Assembly: GCA_027061805.1 (NCBI GenBank)
Contig: JAMOWA010000045.1
Location: 49,317 to 113,316, forward strand
Direction: 5' to 3'
Origin: Thermoanaerobaculia bacterium
GTDB taxonomy: Bacteria > Acidobacteriota > Thermoanaerobaculia > Thermoanaerobaculales > Sulfomarinibacteraceae
DNA length: 64,000 nucleotides
Shown: positions 34,500 through 43,821 of the stretch, in pieces
Numbering within the stretch: position 1 is the stretch's first letter
How the letters are laid out: every line of letters starts with the position of its first letter
Position numbers and translations under genes: made by a program
The notes under the pieces: generated by a model
Database searches by the model: none
Told to the model about the DNA's origin: nothing
The model's input: the letters and a program-made list of their open reading frames with translations, nothing else

Positions 34500-35075
34500 T
34501 CACCGCCGGAGGGAGACCGCCAGGGATCCCCCCGCGGCGAAGAGCAGCGCCAGGGCCACGAGCAGGAACTTGGGAACGGCGCAGGCGGTGGCCACGCCGG
34601 CCCACGGTGCCAGGTGACCGCCGAGGAGCATCAGGGCCAGGGCAACGTTCTCCACCAGGTCCAGCGTCCCCGCCGCGAGAGCTCCCCAGGCCAGCCACAG
34701 GCCCACACGGTGACGAACCCCGGTGCCGGGCGGTCCCGCCACCGCCTCGCAGGCCAGGGCCAGGGCGGTGGCGTAGGTGAGGGCGAAGAGCATGTCGAGG
34801 CCGAGCCCGAAGGCGGCCGCGGTCCGTCCCTCGCACCCCCAGGCCACCAGGATGAGGCCGGCACGTTCGGCGGTCCCGGCGAGCTCCAGCCCCACGACGC
34901 CGTAGGGTGCGAGGCTCCGGTCCAGGGCCACCTGGATCCCCAGCAGCACCACGGCGAGGGTCGTGGTCCCTCCGAACAGGGGTCCCCGCAGGTGACCCGG
35001 GATCCAGGCCAGGGGGCCGCGCCGGCCCTCCCGTGCTGCCGTGCCGTCGTGCTGGTCCGTCATGGTGACCAGCAT
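34500..35075 (-). CDS. hypothetical polytopic membrane protein
   Basis: About 5 hydrophobic segments (TTTLAVVLLGIQVAL, AGLILVAW, MLFALTYATALALA, LWLAWGALAAG, FLLVALALLFAAGG). No family recognised. Start uncertain (M at 35075 or 35063). Confidence 0.5.
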   Translation of the reverse strand: MLVTMTDQHDGTAAREGRRGPLAWIPGHLRGPLFGGTTTLAVVLLGIQVALDRSLAPYGVVGLELAGTAERAGLILVAWGCEGRTAAAFGLGLDMLFALTYATALALACEAVAGPPGTGVRHRVGLWLAWGALAAGTLDLVENVALALMLLGGHLAPWAGVATACAVPKFLLVALALLFAAGGSLAVSLRR

Positions 35076-35415
35076 ATCCCAGACACGGGGACCGTGGCGG
35101 GAAGCGGGTGCGGCGAACGGGGGCGGGTAACGGCGGCGGGGATCGGGATCGGCGACGGAGAGCAGCGACCGGGTCCGGTGATCTTCCCGGGCTGGCCCCG
35201 GTTCCATCCGGCCACTGAGGCGTATCCGGTCGAGGTCATCACCCCCCCCCGCCCCTGCCTCCCTGTGCCCCCGCTTTCCCGGGTGGACGGGGGGCGTCCT
35301 GACGCTTCACTCTCTTCACCAGGCGCCCTGAGGCCAGGCCTTCGTGACGGAATGCCCCGGAAGTGGCCGCCTTCCCCTGCTTCCCTGACACGGGACGCGC
35401 TACAATGAAGTGCAC

Positions 35416-36996
35416 ATGCTCGAACTGGTATACGAGGACGGCGGGGTGACCCATCGCGTGCCGGTCCGGAGCGGGTTGATGCTCGGCCGGTCGAGCGACA
35501 ACGATGTCGTGTTGCGGGATTTCTCCGTCTCGCGGCACCACGCCCGCATCGAGGGCGAGGAGGGTGGCTTCCGGATCGTGGACCTGGACTCCACCAACGG
35601 GGTCAAGGTGAACGACGAGTTCGTCACGTCGAGCCCCATCCGCGTGGGGGACCAGCTCGCCATCGGAAGCTTCCTGCTCCGGGTGGAGGACGCGGCCCAG
35701 CGGACCGAGGGGCTCTCCTCGGCCACCTACTTCCGGCCACTGAAGGAGTTCAACCAGGACTACGGCCTGGAGGGGGAACAGTCGGGCGCCGTGCGTTCCC
35801 TGGGGGACCGCGAGCGGGTGTTCGAGGTGCTGGCCCAGGTGGCCAAGACCCTCCTCCAGGTGGAGGAGCTGCACCCGGTGCTCGAGAAGGTCATGGACCT
35901 GGTGTTCGAGCACCTGAAGGTGGACCGCGGCTTCATCATGCTCTACGACGAGGAGGGGACGCCCCACCTGGAGCTGTGGCGGGCCCGCGAGCTGGAGGAC
36001 GGCGGCGAGCCCGAGGTGCCGCTTTCCCGGACCATCCTCGACATGGTCTCCCGCCAGAAGGTGGCGCTGCTCACCCACGATGCCCAGGCCGACCAGCGTT
36101 TCGACGCGGGCCAGAGCATCCGGATCCACCAGATTCGCTCCGCCATGTGCGCGCCCCTGTGGCACCGCAACGAGGTGATCGGCGTCATCTACGTGGATTC
36201 CCCCCTCCACGTGGGGTCCTTCTCCACGGCGGACCTGGACCTGCTCACGGCGCTGGCCAACTACGCGGCCGTGGCCATCGAGCAGGCGCGGCTGAGGGAG
36301 CGCATCCAGAAGGCCCAGAGGATGCGGAACCGGCTGGAGCGGTACCACTCGCCCGCGGTGATCGAGGCCGTCCTGTCGGTGCCGGAGCAGGAGACCCCCC
36401 AGGTGATGCAACGGGAGACCTCCATCTTCTTTGCCGACATCGTGGGGTTCACCTCCCGGTGCGAGAGCCTTCCCCCCGAGGAGGTGGCGGCGTTCCTCAA
36501 CCAGTTCTTCTCCCTGGCCGCGGAGGCGGTGTTCGAGTACGGGGGAACCCTGGACAAGTTCATCGGCGACGCGGTGATGGCGTTCTTCGGGGCGCCCCTG
36601 CCCCAGCCCGATCACGCCGAGCGCGCGGTGCGGTGCGCCGTGACGCTCCGGCGCTCCCTGGCCCAGTGGAACCGCCAGCGGGCCCTGGAGGGCCTGGAGC
36701 CGGTGGAGGTCCGCATGGCGATCCACTCCGGTCCCGTCGTGGTGGGCGACATCGGGTCGGAGACGCGTGTGGACTACACGGTCCTGGGCAACACGGTCAA
36801 CGTTGCCGCCCGCCTCGAGGAGTTCGTGGCGAAGCCGGGGTTCATCGTCCTGGGTGAGACCACCCAGGCGGAGGTGGCCCACCTCTTCCCCACCGAGCAC
36901 CTGGGGAACGTGCAGCTCAAGGGGCTCAGCCGCAAGATCGCGGCCTACCGGGTGAAGGTGGAGGAGATCAGCAGCGGGGAATGGGCCCGGCCATGA
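35416..36996 (+). CDS. FHA-GAF-class III adenylate/guanylate cyclase
   Basis: FHA domain: LMLGRSSDNDVVLRDFSVSRHHARIE ... DLDSTNGVKVN. A GAF-like middle region follows. Cyclase motifs are IFFADIVGFTS, LDKFIGDAVMAFFGAP, VRMAIHSGPVVVGDIG and YTVLGNTVNVAARLEE. Confidence 0.9.
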   Translation: MLELVYEDGGVTHRVPVRSGLMLGRSSDNDVVLRDFSVSRHHARIEGEEGGFRIVDLDSTNGVKVNDEFVTSSPIRVGDQLAIGSFLLRVEDAAQRTEGLSSATYFRPLKEFNQDYGLEGEQSGAVRSLGDRERVFEVLAQVAKTLLQVEELHPVLEKVMDLVFEHLKVDRGFIMLYDEEGTPHLELWRARELEDGGEPEVPLSRTILDMVSRQKVALLTHDAQADQRFDAGQSIRIHQIRSAMCAPLWHRNEVIGVIYVDSPLHVGSFSTADLDLLTALANYAAVAIEQARLRERIQKAQRMRNRLERYHSPAVIEAVLSVPEQETPQVMQRETSIFFADIVGFTSRCESLPPEEVAAFLNQFFSLAAEAVFEYGGTLDKFIGDAVMAFFGAPLPQPDHAERAVRCAVTLRRSLAQWNRQRALEGLEPVEVRMAIHSGPVVVGDIGSETRVDYTVLGNTVNVAARLEEFVAKPGFIVLGETTQAEVAHLFPTEHLGNVQLKGLSRKIAAYRVKVEEISSGEWARP

Positions 36997-37541
36997 GGAT
37001 GCAGGACCTCGTCTTCGTGACGTCGAACCTCGGCAAGCTCAAGGAGGCCGAGGAGGTGCTCGGTGTCAAGCTCCACCATCACGCGCTGGACCTCCCCGAG
37101 CTCCAGACCATGGACCTGGAGGAGGTGGTGCGCCACAAGGCCCGCACCGCGTGGGAGCGGCTGGGCCAGCCGGTCCTGGTGGAGGACACATCGCTGGAGC
37201 TGGCCGGGATGGGCGGGTTCCCCGGTCCCCTGGTCCGGTGGCTCCTGGTGAGCGTGGGGCCCGCCGGGATCGCCCGGGTGGCCCATGCCTTCACGGACCC
37301 GCGGGCCACCGTGCGGTGCATGGCCTGCGCCTGCGAGGGGGGCGAGGAGGTGGTCGGCCTGGGGGTGGTGCGGGGCCGGATCGCGGAGCGCCCCAGGGGC
37401 CGCAAGGGCTTCGGGTGGGACAGCGTCTTCATCCCCGACGAGGGGGGCGGCAGGACCTACGCCCAGATGCCGGCCGGGGTCAAGAACGCCCTCTCCCACC
37501 GGCGCAAGGCCCTGGAGGCCCTCAAGGCCGCCCTGGGATAG
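36993..37541 (+). CDS. rdgB: non-canonical purine NTP pyrophosphatase (RdgB/HAM1 family)
   Basis: LVFVTSNLGKLKEAEEVL, VLVEDTSLEL, GFPGPLVRW, and RGRKGFGWDSVFIP ... MPAGVKNALSHRRKA. ATGA overlap with the cyclase stop. Confidence 0.85.
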   Translation: MRMQDLVFVTSNLGKLKEAEEVLGVKLHHHALDLPELQTMDLEEVVRHKARTAWERLGQPVLVEDTSLELAGMGGFPGPLVRWLLVSVGPAGIARVAHAFTDPRATVRCMACACEGGEEVVGLGVVRGRIAERPRGRKGFGWDSVFIPDEGGGRTYAQMPAGVKNALSHRRKALEALKAALG

Positions 37542-37623
37542 GCCCCGACCCCCGACGGGACCGGATTCCCGGGGCACGGCGCACCCGTCGGAGGCATGGA
37601 GGGCCTGTGCTACCCTCCGCGCC

Positions 37624-38349
37624 ATGCGGGAGGAGTTGCTGTCGAGGCGTGCCGGGGAGATCCGGGGGATGTTCGGCCGGATCGCCCACCGGTACGATCT
37701 CCTCAACAGGGTCCTCTCGCTGGGACGCGACGTGGCGTGGCGGCGCCGGCTGGGACGGGCGGTCCGGGCGTCGGGCGCGGCCACGGTGCTGGACGTGTGC
37801 ACGGGCACCGGCGACGTGGCGCTGGCCCTGCCCGGAGGGGCCCGCGTGACGGGCACGGACTTCTGCCTCCCCATGCTGGCCCTGGCGCGGGCCAAGGCCC
37901 GGGACCGCCGCCGGCTGCCGCTCTTTGCGGGCGACGCCCTGCGGCTTCCGGTGCACTCGGGCGCCTTCGACGCGGTGACCGTGGCCTTCGGCGTCCGGAA
38001 CTTCGAGGACCTGGAGGCGGGCCTCCGCGAGCTGGTGCGGGTGCTCCGGCCGGGGGGGCACCTCTTCGTGCTGGAGTTCTCCCGGCCCGCCGGCCCGCTG
38101 GCCCCGGTGCTCGGCTGGTGGGCACGGACCGTACCCCCACGGGTCGGGCGGTGGCTGTCGGGCGATCCCGAGGCCTACAGCTACCTGCCGGCCTCCGTGT
38201 CGGGGTTCCCGCCCCTGGAGGAGATGGTCCGCGTGCTGGAGTCCGTGGGGCTCGAGGGGGTGACGGGCGAGAGGCTGACGGGGGGCGTGGCGGCGTTGTA
38301 CCGTGGACGGCGGGCGGGGGCGCCGGGCCCGCCGGTGGAGGTTGCGTGA
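37624..38349 (+). CDS. ubiE: demethylmenaquinone/ubiquinone C-methyltransferase (UbiE/MenG family)
   Basis: MFGRIAHRYDLLNRVLSLGRDVAWRR, SAM motif VLDVCTGTGDVA, FGVRNFEDL, and LRPGGHLFVLEFSRP. Confidence 0.9.
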   Translation: MREELLSRRAGEIRGMFGRIAHRYDLLNRVLSLGRDVAWRRRLGRAVRASGAATVLDVCTGTGDVALALPGGARVTGTDFCLPMLALARAKARDRRRLPLFAGDALRLPVHSGAFDAVTVAFGVRNFEDLEAGLRELVRVLRPGGHLFVLEFSRPAGPLAPVLGWWARTVPPRVGRWLSGDPEAYSYLPASVSGFPPLEEMVRVLESVGLEGVTGERLTGGVAALYRGRRAGAPGPPVEVA

Positions 38350-39269
38350 TGGACGACAGGATCCTGGACGGCAAGAAGGTGGCGGCCGCGATCCGCGGGG
38401 AGGTGGCCGGGCGCGTGGCGGAGCTGGGGAAACGGGGCGTGGTGCCCCGGCTGGACGCGGTGCTGGTGGGGGACGACCCGGCCTCCCGGGTCTACGTGGG
38501 GTCCAAGGCCCGCACCTGCGCGAAGCTGGGCATGGCCTCGGAGACCCACCACCTCTCCGGTGACGCTCCGCAGGAGGAGGTTGAGGCGCTGGTGGACCGG
38601 CTCAACGCCGACCCGGAGGTGGACGGGATCCTGGTCCAGCTCCCCCTGCCGGACCACCTGGACACCCACGCCGTCCTGGACCGGATCGATCCCGCGAAGG
38701 ACGTGGACGGCTTCCACCCGGTGAACACGGGCCTGCTCCAGCAGGGGCGGCCCGCGCTGGTTCCCTGCACGCCCGCCGGCATCATGGAGATGCTGCGCCG
38801 GGAGGGGATTCCCATCGAGGGGCGCCGCGCCGTGGTGGTGGGCCGCTCGGACATCGTGGGCAAGCCCATGGCCATGCTGCTCCTGCACGCCCACGCCACG
38901 GTGACACTCTGCCACTCGCGGACCCGTGATCTCGCGGGGGTGACGAGGGAGGCCGACATCCTGGTGGCCGCAGCGGGCCGCCTGGCCATCATCGGCCCGG
39001 AGCACGTGAAGGAGGGTGCGGTGGTGATCGACGTGGGGATCCACCGGATCACCGACCGGAGCGAGGTGGAACGCCTCTTCCCCGGGGATGCGGCCCGGAT
39101 GGAACGCTTCGAGTCGAAGGGCTCGGTCCTTGCCGGGGACGTGGACTTCGTGAGGGTGGCCCCCCTGGCCTCCCGGATCACGCCGGTACCGGGAGGTGTG
39201 GGGCCCCTGACCATCGCCATGCTCATGGCCAACACGGTGCGGGCGGCCGCGGCGCGCCGGGGCCACTGA
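38349..39269 (+). CDS. folD: bifunctional methylenetetrahydrofolate dehydrogenase/cyclohydrolase
   Basis: ILDGKKVAAAIR, LVGDDPASRVYVGSKARTC, GILVQLPLP, DVDGFHPVN, VVGRSDIVGKPMAMLL and PVPGGVGPLTIAML. Confidence 0.95.
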   Translation: MDDRILDGKKVAAAIRGEVAGRVAELGKRGVVPRLDAVLVGDDPASRVYVGSKARTCAKLGMASETHHLSGDAPQEEVEALVDRLNADPEVDGILVQLPLPDHLDTHAVLDRIDPAKDVDGFHPVNTGLLQQGRPALVPCTPAGIMEMLRREGIPIEGRRAVVVGRSDIVGKPMAMLLLHAHATVTLCHSRTRDLAGVTREADILVAAAGRLAIIGPEHVKEGAVVIDVGIHRITDRSEVERLFPGDAARMERFESKGSVLAGDVDFVRVAPLASRITPVPGGVGPLTIAMLMANTVRAAAARRGH

Positions 39270-39278
39270 GGGGGATCC

Positions 39279-39974
39279 GTGGAGAGCCCCCCCTCCCGGA
39301 GTCGTCCCTGCGTGGTGGGGCTGACGGGGGGTCTGGCCTCGGGCAAGAGCACCGTGGCCCGGGGGATGGCACGGCTGGGTGCCGCCGTCCTGGATGCCGA
39401 CGCCGTGGTCCACGAGCTGTACCGGCCGGGGATGCCGGGCGCCGCCGCGGTGGCGGAGCTCTTCGGCCCCGGCGTTCTCGATCCCCGGGGCGGGGTGGAC
39501 CGCGACGCGCTGGCGGCCCGCCTCCAGGAGGACCCGGAGGCCCTGGGCCGTCTCGACGGGGCGGTGCATCCGCTGGTCAGGGAGCATGTCCGCTCCTGGG
39601 TGGAGGACCTTGCCGCCCGGGGCGATCCGCCGGAGGTGGCCGTGGTGGAGGCCACACTCATGGTGGAGTCCGGGTCGTGGCGGGACCACGACCTGCTGGT
39701 GGTGGTCTGGTGCCGTCCGGAGCAGCAGCTGGAGCGGGCGGTGGCGCGGGGGATGGACCCGGAACGGGCCAGGACCCTCCTCGCCCATCAGATGCCCCTC
39801 GAGGAGAAGCGCCGCCTGGCCCACGTGGTGGTGGACAACTCCGGTCCACCGGAGGAGCTTCCCCCCCGGATCGAGTCGGCCTGGAGGGAGATCCTCCAGC
39901 TCTGTTCCCGGGTCCCGGCTACCTCGCCGGCGGCTCCAGCCACTCCGTCTGGTAGCCGTCCGTCTTCGGGATGA
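39279..39974 (+). CDS. coaE: dephospho-CoA kinase
   Basis: VVGLTGGLASGKSTVA P-loop, LDADAVVHELY and VVEATLMVESG. GTG start. The low-complexity C-terminal tail overlaps the convergent cupin gene by 56 nt. Confidence 0.85.
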   Translation: MESPPSRSRPCVVGLTGGLASGKSTVARGMARLGAAVLDADAVVHELYRPGMPGAAAVAELFGPGVLDPRGGVDRDALAARLQEDPEALGRLDGAVHPLVREHVRSWVEDLAARGDPPEVAVVEATLMVESGSWRDHDLLVVVWCRPEQQLERAVARGMDPERARTLLAHQMPLEEKRRLAHVVVDNSGPPEELPPRIESAWREILQLCSRVPATSPAAPATPSGSRPSSG

Positions 39975-40299
39975 TGCAGAGGAAGCGCACGGGAACCGTC
40001 CCCCGGTTCTCGTAGGAGTGGGCCACGCCGGCGGGGATGAAGACCGCGTCCCCCGCCCGGACCGTGTTCTCCTCGCCGTCCAGGGTCAGGACCATCTCTC
40101 CCTCCAGCACCACCTGCTCGTGCTCGATGGAGTCGTGCCGGTGCTCGGGGATACGGCCCCCCGGTTCGAGCGTGAACCGGCGGGTGATGAAGGTGGGAAC
40201 GCCGTCGGGGGGCCCCAGGAGCACCTGGATGGTGGCGCCCCGGGAATTGGCCACGGGGCTGGGTTTCGGGTCGTCCATGCTGCGGATGACGGGCTTCAT
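39919..40299 (-). CDS. cupin-domain protein (126 aa)
   Basis: Start at MKPVIRSM, preceded by GGAGG. Cupin motifs GGRIPEHRHDSIEHEQVVLEGE and GDAVFIPAGVAHSYEN. Confidence 0.75.
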   Translation of the reverse strand: MKPVIRSMDDPKPSPVANSRGATIQVLLGPPDGVPTFITRRFTLEPGGRIPEHRHDSIEHEQVVLEGEMVLTLDGEENTVRAGDAVFIPAGVAHSYENRGTVPVRFLCIIPKTDGYQTEWLEPPAR

Positions 40300-40408
40300 G
40301 GAGCACCTCCGGCGTTCGCGATCTCGTGCGAAGCATACCGGCTCGGGTGGTGCGTGCCAACGGGTGACCGGGGGACGGCACCCGCGGCTCTTCTGGTACG
40401 ATCCTGCC

Positions 40409-42127
40409 ATGCTGGAGCGGCTCGAGGTGCGTGGGCTCGGCATCATCGAACGGGTGGTGGTGGAGCCCCCGGCGGGGCTGGTGGCCCTCACCGGCGAGAC
40501 CGGTGCCGGAAAGTCCCTCCTGGTGGGCTCGCTGAAGCTGCTCGCCGGGGCCCGGGCCCAGGCGGACATGGTGCGCACCGGTGACGCCCTGCTCCGGGTG
40601 GAGGGTGTGTTCACCGTTCCCCGTGATGCGGGAATCGAGGAGCTCCTGGAGGGGCTGGGCATCGGCTCCGATGACCAGCTGGTGGTGCGCCGGGAGGTCA
40701 CGGCCCAGGGCCGCAGCCGGGCCTGGCTCAACGACGTGTCGGTCACGGCGGCCACGCTGCAGCAGCTGGCGCCCCGCCTGATGTCGATCCATGGTCAGCA
40801 CGAGCAGCACGGTCTGGCGGACCCCGGGGTCCAGAGGGGACTGGTGGATGCCTTCGGTGGTCATGGCCTCCTCCTCGAGAGGGTGGCTGAGGCGTGGGAG
40901 CGATGGAGGGAGGCCGCGGACCTGGTGGATCGGCTGGAGCGGGCCCGTGCGGAGCGGAGGGACCGGCTGGACGTGATCGCCTTCCAGCTGGCCGAGATCG
41001 ATGCGCTCGCCCCGCAGCACGGCGAGGACGAGGAGCTGGAGCGACGCCGCCGGCAGCTCCGGAACGCGGTGCGCATCATGGAGCTCTCCTCGGCCCTGGT
41101 GGAGCGCCTCGGTGAGGGGGAGACGGCCGTGGTGGACGAGCTGGCCAGGGGGGAGCGGGAGCTCGCGGAGCTCGTGGAGTGCGGCCTGCCCCTGGCCGGA
41201 TCCCTGGGGCGCCTGGAGGAGGCCCGGATCCTCGTGGAGGAGGTGCTGCGCGAGGTCCAGGGAAGCAACCGGGAGATCTCGGAGGATCCCGCCGAGCTGG
41301 AGGCGGTGGAGGCCCGCCTCCACAGGCTCGAGCAGCTCATGCTCAAGTACGGCTCGCCGCTCGAGGCCGTGCTGGAGCACCGCGAGCGCCTGGTGGCGGA
41401 GCGGGACGAGCTGGACGCGGTGGGTGACCGGCTGGCGGAGGCCCGCCGGGAGGCCGCGGAGGCGCTCGAGGCCTACGACGGTCTGGCCCGCGAGCTCCAG
41501 GAGGCCCGGGAGCGCTCCTCCAGCTCCCTGGTCGAGGCGGTGACCTCCATCCTGGAGCGCCTCGCCATGGGGGGGACCCGGCTCGAGCTGCGGTGGTCCG
41601 CCACGCCCGATCCGGACAGCCCCCTGGAGCGCTCCGGCGGGGGCGTGCGGTTCGGACCGGAGGGGGTCGAGGAGTGCGAGCTGCTCATCGCCCCGAACCC
41701 CGGTGAGGATCCCCGGCCCCTGGGCAGGATCGCCTCCGGGGGGGAGCTGTCCCGTGTGCACCTGGCCCTGAGGGCCGCCCTCAGGGGCCGGAGGCCGGGC
41801 CGCGGGATGACGCTGCTCTTCGACGAGGTGGACACGGGGCTGGGTGGGGGCACCGCCGCGGCGCTGGGGGGCGTCCTGGAGGAGCTGGCGGCGATGGACC
41901 AGGTGCTCGTGGTCACCCACCTGCCCCAGGTTGCGGCCCGTGCGGCCGCCCACCTCCGGGTGGAGAAGGTGGAGCAGGGGGGGCGGGTGGTGACGAGAGT
42001 GACGGCGCTCGAGGGGGAGGGGCGGGTGGAAGAGATCGCCCGGATGCTGGCGGGCAGCGACGTGGGCACCTCGGCGCTGGAGCACGCACGGTCGCTCCTG
42101 GCAACGGAGGGTGGCCGTGCGGGTTGA
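40409..42127 (+). CDS. recN: DNA repair protein RecN
   Basis: MLERLEVRGLGIIERV ... LTGETGAGKSLLV Walker A, a long coiled-coil middle, and a C-terminal ASGGELSRV ... LLFDEVDTGLGG ... QVLVVTHLPQVAA. Confidence 0.95.
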   Translation: MLERLEVRGLGIIERVVVEPPAGLVALTGETGAGKSLLVGSLKLLAGARAQADMVRTGDALLRVEGVFTVPRDAGIEELLEGLGIGSDDQLVVRREVTAQGRSRAWLNDVSVTAATLQQLAPRLMSIHGQHEQHGLADPGVQRGLVDAFGGHGLLLERVAEAWERWREAADLVDRLERARAERRDRLDVIAFQLAEIDALAPQHGEDEELERRRRQLRNAVRIMELSSALVERLGEGETAVVDELARGERELAELVECGLPLAGSLGRLEEARILVEEVLREVQGSNREISEDPAELEAVEARLHRLEQLMLKYGSPLEAVLEHRERLVAERDELDAVGDRLAEARREAAEALEAYDGLARELQEARERSSSSLVEAVTSILERLAMGGTRLELRWSATPDPDSPLERSGGGVRFGPEGVEECELLIAPNPGEDPRPLGRIASGGELSRVHLALRAALRGRRPGRGMTLLFDEVDTGLGGGTAAALGGVLEELAAMDQVLVVTHLPQVAARAAAHLRVEKVEQGGRVVTRVTALEGEGRVEEIARMLAGSDVGTSALEHARSLLATEGGRAG

Positions 42128-42710
42128 GCCGTTCCTGGACGGAGACGACGTGCGGCGCGTGACTCCCCGGGTGCGCCGGGTCGTCGGGCGCGGTGGCGTG
42201 GTGGTGATTCCCACCGAGACTTTCTACGGCCTGGGAGCCTGCCCCCGGGTCTCCGGAGGTGTGGACCGGGTCTTCGGGCTCAAGGCGAGACCCCGGGGGA
42301 TGCCGCTGCCCGTCCTGTGCGCCGACTGGGCCCAGGTGGAATCGCTGGTGGAGGTCCCCCCGGCATACCGGGTCCGGCTCTCACGATCGTGGCCGGGTCC
42401 CCTCACGGTGGTGCTCCCGCTCCTCGAGCCCGTGGCCGCGGCACCGGGGGGGACCCTGGCCGTGCGCATCCCGGGGCACGACCTGCTGCGCTCGCTCCTG
42501 TACCTCGTGGGCCCGCTCACGGGGACCTCTGCAAACCGCCACGGTGCAGCCCCATCGACCGAGGCACCCACGGCGGCGGGATCCCTGGAGGGGGAGCCCG
42601 ACGTGGTGCTGGACAGTGGCACCCTCCCCGGTGGCCTGCCGAGCACGCTGGTGGATCTCACAGGGCCCGAGCCGAGGGTCCTCCGGACCGGGTCCGTATC
42701 CTGGACATGA
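42111..42710 (+). CDS. tsaC: L-threonylcarbamoyladenylate synthase (YrdC/TsaC/Sua5 family)
   Basis: VVIPTETFYGLGA, VFGLKARPRGMPLPVL, WPGPLTVVL, TSANRHG and STLVDLTG. GTG start overlapping the recN end. Confidence 0.85.
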   Translation: MAVRVEPFLDGDDVRRVTPRVRRVVGRGGVVVIPTETFYGLGACPRVSGGVDRVFGLKARPRGMPLPVLCADWAQVESLVEVPPAYRVRLSRSWPGPLTVVLPLLEPVAAAPGGTLAVRIPGHDLLRSLLYLVGPLTGTSANRHGAAPSTEAPTAAGSLEGEPDVVLDSGTLPGGLPSTLVDLTGPEPRVLRTGSVSWT

Positions 42711-42802
42711 TGGTGCGCCCGGTCGCGCCGAAGGCGGGGCGTGTGTCCCAGAATGATCGATTTCCGCGGTCGCCGGGGGTCCCCTGAGAGCTTCTCCCAA
42801 CA

Positions 42803-42835
42803 TGTGGAAAACGTTGTGGAAAAACCTGTCGAAAA
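42803..42835. repeat. three 12-bp-phased direct repeats: TGTGGAAAA, TGTGGAAAA, TGTCGAAAA (DnaA-box-type)
   Basis: Read directly at 42803, 42815 and 42827. The reverse complement TTTTCCACA fits the relaxed DnaA-box consensus TTWTNCACA exactly for the first two copies. They lie in a lower-GC island of a 553-nt non-coding spacer. Confidence 0.5.
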
Positions 42836-43263
42836 CGCGTTAAGCCCATGTAGAACGTGCACTTGTGATTTCGACAGGGTGCCTGGAAGAAACGACGTAA
42901 CATGTTGAATCACAAGGGGTTGCATCTAAGTATTTGAACGGCGGTCGCTTGGAATTGGCCCACTTGTGGGGGAGTTCCACAACCCACGCCATTCCGGACT
43001 TTGCCTCCAGCCGTTCGCCGGATTCTTCCTGGGGGTGTTGTGGCCGGGAGGAAGGTGTCGGACGGGTGGGTTCGCGCTCCCGGAGCGGTTCCGCGGAGGA
43101 CACTGGCTGGAAGCTCCCGGTGAGCCCGGTGGAGGCGACGTTGCGACGGTGCCGCCCGCAGTCCATCGGCGGGAGCCACGGCTGGCCGGGGCCATCTTGT
43201 GACCGCAATGGCCCTGTGGTAGCGTACCTTGGCCCTTCCGGGCCGCACGACGGGAGCAGAACG

Positions 43264-43821
43264 ATGCCCATCCGATCCATCGATGACAGGACACCCCGCT
43301 TCGGCAGGCGGGTCTTCGTGGCCGAGAACGCCCTGGTCCTCGGGGACGTGGTGCTGGAGGACGACGTGTCCCTCTGGTTCAGCGTGGTGGTGCGGGGTGA
43401 CATCCACTGGGTCCGCATCGGCGCCCGATCCAACCTCCAGGACGGGGCCATCGTCCACGTGGAGAACGGGGAGTGGCCCACGGTCCTCGGCGAGGAGGTC
43501 AGCGTGGGGCACGGGGCCGTCCTCCACGGCTGCACGATCGGCTCCCGGAGCCTGGTGGGGATGGGCGCCGTGGTCATGAACGGCGCGGTGGTCGGCGAGG
43601 GCTCCATCGTGGCGGCCGGCGCGGTGGTGCGAGAGGGCTTCAAGACGCCGCCCCGGAGCCTCCTCGCGGGGGTGCCCGCACGGGTCAAGCGGGAGGTGAC
43701 GGACGAGGAGCTCGAGCGCATCCGGCGGACGGCCAGGCGCTACCTGGAGTACAAGAGCCGCTACCTGGCGGGGTCGGCCCGGCCGGCCGGGCCCCTGTCA
43801 CTCGAGGAGGAGGCCCCATGA
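43264..43821 (+). CDS. gamma-carbonic-anhydrase-like left-handed beta-helix protein (YrdA/PaaY family)
   Basis: VFVAENALVLGDVVLEDDVSLWFSVVVRGDIHWVRIGARSNLQDGAIVH ... hexapeptide repeats. The upstream in-frame extension to 42934 does not look protein-like. Confidence 0.85.
   Translation: MPIRSIDDRTPRFGRRVFVAENALVLGDVVLEDDVSLWFSVVVRGDIHWVRIGARSNLQDGAIVHVENGEWPTVLGEEVSVGHGAVLHGCTIGSRSLVGMGAVVMNGAVVGEGSIVAAGAVVREGFKTPPRSLLAGVPARVKREVTDEELERIRRTARRYLEYKSRYLAGSARPAGPLSLEEEAP

Noticed and set aside
35401-35406. A TACAAT -10-like hexamer 10 nt upstream of the FHA-GAF-cyclase ATG (possible leaderless mRNA), and the similar TACAAT upstream of ssrA.
   Set aside because: No convincing -35 element lies at proper spacing. 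A single hexamer is insufficient evidence to annotate a promoter, so it is mentioned only as a hint.
39919-39974. A 56-nt convergent overlap between the coaE 3' end and the cupin gene 3' end.
   Set aside because: The CoaE tail (SRVPATSPAAPATPSGSRPSSG) is low-complexity sequence beyond the conserved kinase core. It most likely reflects the chance absence of an earlier stop. It is not evidence for a functional overlap.
42934-43263. An in-frame N-terminal extension of the gamma-carbonic-anhydrase-like ORF. I also considered whether 42960-43263 hides a known ncRNA (RNase P RNA, SRP RNA, 6S RNA, cobalamin riboswitch).
   Set aside because: The extension is Ser/Arg/Gly-rich with no homology-like features. 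The family N-terminus begins at the ATG at 43264. I could not find the signature boxes of any of those RNA families by eye, so no ncRNA is claimed. A covariance-model scan would be needed.
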